Program-made: the position numbers and the translations under genes
NCBI GenBank assembly: GCA_963836185.1
Contig: CAWIIQ010000002.1
Coordinates: forward strand, 192,001-256,000
DNA: 64,000 bases
Direction: 5' to 3'
Source: Candidatus Krumholzibacteriia bacterium
Lineage (GTDB): Bacteria > Krumholzibacteriota > Krumholzibacteriia > Krumholzibacteriales > Krumholzibacteriaceae
Shown here: one piece after another, positions 58,947-64,000 of the stretch
How the letters are laid out: the number at the start of each line of letters is the position of its first letter
How positions within the stretch are numbered: position 1 is the first letter of the stretch
Notes under the pieces: model-generated
Told to the model about the DNA's origin: nothing
What the model saw: only the letters and a program-made list of their open reading frames with translations
The model's database searches: none

Positions 58947-59474
58947 GTGGCGTCGATGTACCTGGATCTTTTCATGGCTTTTCTTCGCGTCGGGCTCTTC
59001 GGCTACGGAGGGGGGCAGGCGATGCTTCCGCTGATCGAAAAGGAGGTCGTCGAGAACTACGGCTGGCTGACTGGCGAGCAGTTCATCGATGCGATCGCCA
59101 TGGCCAGCACGCTTCCGGGTCCGATCGCGACGAAGATGGCGCTCAGTATCGGCCTTCAGGTAGGCGGGCCGTTCGGAGCATTCATAGCGATCGGGGCGAT
59201 GCTTCTCCCGTCGAGCGTCCTGATCATCATCTTTACGGTTCTCTATTACAAATACAAGCATCTCACTTCGGTGCAGAGCATCATCCGGGGCGTGCGTCCT
59301 GTCGTAATCGCGCTGCTGCTCGTAACGGTGGCTCATCTTGCCCCGAGAGCGGTATTCTCGTGGGATACATTCGTTATCTCGCTGGCGGCCTTCGTCATCG
59401 TCTTCTTCTTCAAGGTACATCCGATATACACGATAGCGGCGGCGGCGCTGATCGGGTTCTGGTTCTATCGCTGA
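58947..59474 (+). CDS. Short-chain chromate transporter (CHR family)
   Basis: GLFGYGGG, WLT..F.D, LPGPIAT, LLPS, GVRPVV. Confidence 0.9.
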   Translation: MASMYLDLFMAFLRVGLFGYGGGQAMLPLIEKEVVENYGWLTGEQFIDAIAMASTLPGPIATKMALSIGLQVGGPFGAFIAIGAMLLPSSVLIIIFTVLYYKYKHLTSVQSIIRGVRPVVIALLLVTVAHLAPRAVFSWDTFVISLAAFVIVFFFKVHPIYTIAAAALIGFWFYR

Positions 59475-59509
59475 CCGCTTTCTTCAGATCTTCTCAGAGG
59501 TGAAACGTT

Positions 59510-60733
59510 ATGGATGAAATGGAAAGGGGCTATCTGTCGGATCCCCTTCAGGGCGACTTTACGGCAAAGGTGACCAAGGCGGAGGATGCGGGCGACGGAG
59601 TGAGGAAGATCTGGCTCGACAGGACGCTTTTCTACCCGGAGTCGGGCGGGCAGCCCGACGACCGGGGCACACTCGGGGGATTCAAGGTCGAATGCGGTGA
59701 GCGAGGATGATTCCGGCGTCTGTCATCTCGTCAAGGGCGCACTCAGGTCGGCGACGAGATCAACGGTCACGTCGACATGGCGAGGCGCTTCGATCACATG
59801 CAGCAGCATACCGGCCAGCACATCCTCTCGCGTATCTTCGTCTCGCTAGGCGGCCTGATGACCGTCGGCTTCCATCTCGGGGAGAAGGCGAGCACGATCG
59901 ACCTGAGCGGCGCGGCGTCTGAAGAGATGATCGCGAAGGCAGAGAGGGAAGCGAACGCCGTAGTCTTCCAGGACCTCCCGGTCCTCGCGAGGATCGTATC
60001 CCGCGATGAGTACGAATCGGCGAAGGAGGATGGAGACGGCGTAAGGTCGAGGCTCCCCGAAGGGGTAGGCAGCATCCGCATCGTCGAGATAGAGGATACC
60101 GACAGCTCGACCTGCTGCGGCACACACTGTCTTTCGACGGGGATGGTCGGGACTATCAAGATAACAGGCAGAGAGAATGTCAGGGGGGGGACGCGTGTCG
60201 AGTTTCTCTGCGGAGGCAGGTCTCTCGGCGATTACAGTGAAAAGCACGCCCTGCTGGCGGCTCTCGGGAGCGAGATGAGCACCGACTGGCGCGAGCTCGG
60301 CAGCATAACGGAGAAACTCGTTTCGGAGAACAAGACGCTGCGCAGGGAACGGGACGCGCTGTCCAGAGAGCTTGCCGGATACAGGGCGGCTGAGGTCGGA
60401 GAGCCGACAGGCGAGCTCGGCGGCTACGGACTGGTGAGGAAGACATTCGATACCGGTGATCCGGGCGAAGTCAGGGAAATGGCGACGAAGATCAAGGGAT
60501 CGGGGCAAAAGATAGTCCTGTTCGGGATAGTCTCTCCGGCTCCGGGACTGGTATTCGCCTGTGATCCGTCGATACAAGCCGATATGGGTTCTGCTCTGAG
60601 GGAAGCCGCCTCGGTCATCGGCGGAAAAGGAGGGGGCGGGAAAGATTTCGCCCAGGGCGGAGGGGGCGATCCCTCGAAGATGGAGGCGGCCCTTGATGCC
60701 GCCGAGAAGATGATTCGGGAGGCTCTCGAGTGA
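59510..60733 (+). CDS. Alanyl-tRNA editing protein AlaX with DHHA1 domain, compensating frameshifts near 59692 and 59744
   Basis: [32 protein letters not shown]. Confidence 0.85.
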
Positions 60734-61378
60734 TGGACGATCCGCGAGAGGTAAACAGGGGCGGACGCGATGAGATGGTAAGGACCCAGATCGCCGGGCG
60801 GGGCATCTCTGACGCCAGGGTGCTCGCCGCGATGCGCGAGGTGCCGCGGGAGCTTTTCGTAAGGCCGGAAGATCATCGCGCCGCCTTCCACGACGGCCCG
60901 CTTTCGATCGGGCACGGACAGACGATCTCACAGCCATACATAGTCGCGTATATGACCGAGTTGCTCGGAGATCGGCGAGGGTGACCGCGTCCTAGAGATC
61001 GGGACAGGATGCGGCTACCAGACTGCCGTACTCGCCGAACTGGCCGGTACGGTCTATACCGTTGAGATCATCCCCGAGCTATCCGGTCGGGCGCGGGAGA
61101 CACTCACCGCGATGGGATACTCCAATATCGAGTTCAGGACAGGGGACGGCCGGGATGGATGGCCCGGTGAGCCGCCCTTTGACGCGATCATCGTAACCGC
61201 GGCGCCGGAGAATGTGCCTCGGGACCTGAAGGACCAGCTCGCCGAGGGAGGAAGGCTCGTGATACCGGTGGGCACCTCGGTCCAGTACATCCACAGGATC
61301 GTCCGCAGCGGCGAAGGATTCGACGACGAGGGATTGCTGGCGGTGAGATTCGTTCCCCTGACGGGCAGATCTGAATGA
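60733..61378 (+). CDS. pcm: Protein-L-isoaspartate O-methyltransferase, +1 frameshift near 60967
   Basis: [28 protein letters not shown] (shifted frame), [16 protein letters not shown]. Confidence 0.9.
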
Positions 61379-61415
61379 CAGGCAGGATGACATATAAAGG
61401 CGGGAGGATACAGGT

Positions 61416-62355
61416 ATGACCGGTATATATTACCACGATCTCTTCGGCCGGCATCTCGAGGGGTACGGACATGTCGAGAGCCCGGGGCGGTACATGGCCA
61501 TCATGGAGCGGTTGAGGAACTGTCCGTTTGCCGGCAGCCTCGAGTTCATCAAGGCTGCCCCTGCGGACCTGGACGTTATAAAGGCTGTCCACGAGGCCGG
61601 ATATGTCGACGGAATACTCTCGCTGGAGATCGATCAGGCCGTAGTCCTCGACTGGGGCGACACGGCGGCCACGCCCGATACGCCGCGTGCCGCGCTTCAT
61701 GCCGCCGGGGCAGGCGTGCAGGCTGCCCGGGATATCCTCGCGGGAAGGTTCGCGAACGCTTTCTGCCCAGTCAGGCCGCCCGGGCACCATGCGGAGAAGC
61801 GACCGCGCGATGGGATTCTGCCTCTTCAATAATGTCGCGGTCGCGGCGAGATGGCTGACCGGAGATGGAGGGCTCGACAGGGTCGCAATCATCGACTGGG
61901 ATATCCATCACGGGAACGGCACAGAGGGAATGTTCCTCGACGATCCGGGTGTGCTCTACATCAGTCTTCACCAGTACCCGCACTACCCCGGCACGGGCCA
62001 CTTCAACATGGTCGGCACGGGCGACGGCACCGGCTATACCCTCAACATCCCGCTCGGCGCCGGCGCGGACGATGAAAAATACAGGGCGGAATTCGAAAGC
62101 AGGCTGCTTCCCGCCCTCGATGAGTTCGAACCGGAGATGATCCTGATCTCGGCCGGGTTCGACGCACACGCCGATGACCCGCTCTCCGGAGCGATGCTTT
62201 CCACGGGGATGTATGCCGAGATGACGGAGATGCTTGCGGGAGCCGCGGACAGGCACTGCGGAGGCAGGATACTCTCTCTTCTCGAGGGAGGGTACGACCT
62301 CGACGCCCTCGCCGATTCGGTCGAGGCGCACGTCGGTGTGCTCGCTGGAAGGTAG
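61416..62355 (+). CDS. Histone deacetylase family protein, +1 frameshift near 61797
   Basis: HVESPGR, RPPGHHA, GFCLFNN, DWDIHHGNGT, SAGFDAH, LEGGY. Confidence 0.9.
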
Positions 62356-62396
62356 GGCCGCGGATTCACAGGGTCCGGCTGCTGCCTTTAGAATCT

Positions 62397-63954
62397 CTAC
62401 AGAAAGAGCCTCGCATCGTGGCGGCTCTCGTTGATCGGGGAGACCCTGATCGCGGGGATGTCGACCACCGGGCACTTGTTCTCGCAGATCCCGCACCCGA
62501 TGCAGATCTGGGGGATCACGTAAGGCTTCTTGAGGGTGAAGGTCCTGCCCTTCCTGTCGACAGATTCCTCCTCCTCGAACCTGTATGGCCTTGCCCTGCG
62601 CGGGGCAGTGCTCCTCGCACACGCCGCAGTTGCGGTTGTATGTATAGGGGATGCAGCGGCTCTTGTCGAATGTCGCCAGGCCGATCTTCGTCTTCTGTTT
62701 TTTCACCATATCGAGTGGCTGGATCGCGCCGGTCGGGCAGACCTGCGTGCAGAGATTGCAGTGATACTCGCAGTAGCCGAGCTTCGGGACGAGCATCGGG
62801 GTCCACAATCCCTCGAGGCCGGCCTGGTGGAATGTCGGCTGAAGACCGTTTGTCAGGCAGACCTTCATGCACTCGCCGCACTTGACGCATGTCTTGACGA
62901 AGTCCTTCTCGGGAAGGGAGCCGGGTGGGCGTATAAGCTCCGGATGGACACGTTCGCGGTGCTCGCCGAGTGTCACGACCGGCACGGACAGGATAGCCAC
63001 CGCTCCGGTCGAGAGGAGCCAGCGGCGCTCGAGGTCGACGTTTCCGTCGCCCGTCTTCCGCATCGTCGGGTGGATGGAGACGGCATCGACGGGGCAGACA
63101 TCCTTGCAGTTATAGCAGACGAGGCATTCCCTGCTTGCCCACTGGCCCGGAGGGAATGGGGTGGCGTCTCCCTGGCATGTCCTGTTGCAGCAGCCGCACT
63201 TGACGCATTTATCGCCGCTCACGTCGACCCTCGCCATCATCTGCTTTGTCCCGATAACGCCGAGCATGGCGCCGAGCGGGCAGAGATACCTGCACCAGAA
63301 GCGGGGGGCGAGAAGGTTCAGCCCGAGGATCACCGAGAATATCAGGGCGATCGGGATCATCTGTCTGAAGACGGGCTGCTCGAAGGCGAGGAGCGTTCCG
63401 ACCATCATCGAGTAGACGGCGTCAGCGGCGGGAGAGATGCCCGGCATATCGAGGGAGTAGGCCGAATCGAGTATCGTTCTCACGATCCGGTTCACGCCTG
63501 GATTGTATCCTATCGCGAGCGACCTGATCGTCAGCGATATCGGGTCGAATATACCCGCGGCGTTCCAGCCGAAGACAGCCGCCGCGAGTATGAAGACGAG
63601 TATGAAATATTTGACCGGCCGCAGGCGCGGGAAACGGCCATCGTTCGGAGTCGGCCTGCCCCTTCTCATCCTGAACCAGCCGACTATGGTATTGAGGGTT
63701 CCGAGAGGGCATACCCATCCACAGAAGACCCTGCCGAAGAAGAGCGCCACGACGGCCGTGATCAGAGACAAGAGAAAGGCCGCCTTAACGGTGTGGGTAG
63801 CGAGTATTGTGCTAAGCGCTATCAGCGGGCTGAAATCGAGAAAGAACTTCACCGGGAGGCCGAGTTCGTCGCTGCCCTTGTACTCGGTCTGGATGAAGAG
63901 AAAGAAGAAGAGCGCGAGAAAAAGTATCTGCGAGATTCTTCTGAGATTTTTCAT
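62397..63954 (-). CDS. Membrane 4Fe-4S polyferredoxin (NapH/MauN plus NapG/MauM-like fusion), +1 frameshift near 62583
   Basis: FCGWVCPLG, RFWCRYLCPLG, RPPG and several CxxCxxCxxxCP motifs; last cluster CIGCGICENKCP in the shifted frame ending at TAG 62397. Confidence 0.85.
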
Positions 63955-63959
63955 GTCAC

Positions 63960-64000
63960 CTATCCGAGGTTTATTTCCATGTATCCTTCGCCGGAGAAGT
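63960..64000 (-). CDS. 3' end of an upstream gene (partial)
   Basis: Open frame FSGEGYMEINLG* ending 5 nt before the ferredoxin start. Confidence 0.4.
   Translation of the reverse strand, partial: FSGEGYMEINLG

Noticed and set aside
61771-62396. C-terminal extension of the 727-aa ferredoxin ORF across the deacetylase gene
   Set aside because: Artefact of the frameshift near 62583; the repaired frame stops at 62397
59690-62590. Programmed ribosomal frameshifting in alaX, pcm, the deacetylase or the ferredoxin
   Set aside because: No slippery heptamers or stimulatory structures, and too many unrelated genes are affected

Overview
A 64-kb, mostly GC-rich chromosomal window from a diderm bacterium. 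Lnt, an Omp85 protein, a porin, a FlgD/Por-type tail and C-terminal WGSIK-motif proteins point to an FCB-adjacent candidate phylum such as Krumholzibacteriota/Latescibacterota/Eisenbacteria (inference). The first 25 kb is largely housekeeping (ilvE, rpiB, glyA, nrdR, tatC, argS, purM and others), plus a sigma54-type ACP/acyl-ligase/NadE-like operon and an HD-GYP gene. The 25-48 kb region is a signalling hotspot with five sigma54 enhancer-binding proteins (bEBPs), several -24/-12 promoters and a kinase-STAND-TPR protein in an AT-rich patch. The best candidate for an undescribed system is at 30.7-35.1 kb: a small secreted protein, a TPR-bEBP, an enhancer palindrome and sigma54-like promoter, a ~170-nt pseudoknotted leader RNA, a lipoprotein with an 8-Cys halocin-C8-like tail and a small membrane protein. 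It reads as a possible peptide-sensing, sigma54-driven bacteriocin/immunity module. Other notable items are an orphan sRNA (25.3-25.4 kb), a ZU5 lipoprotein with an HFS autoproteolysis motif, an OPT transporter with a PqqD-like partner, a secreted six-heme cytochrome and three WGSIK-tailed proteins. Eight genes beyond 43 kb carry single-base frameshifts that look like assembly errors. No rRNA, tRNA, CRISPR array or transposase was recognised.
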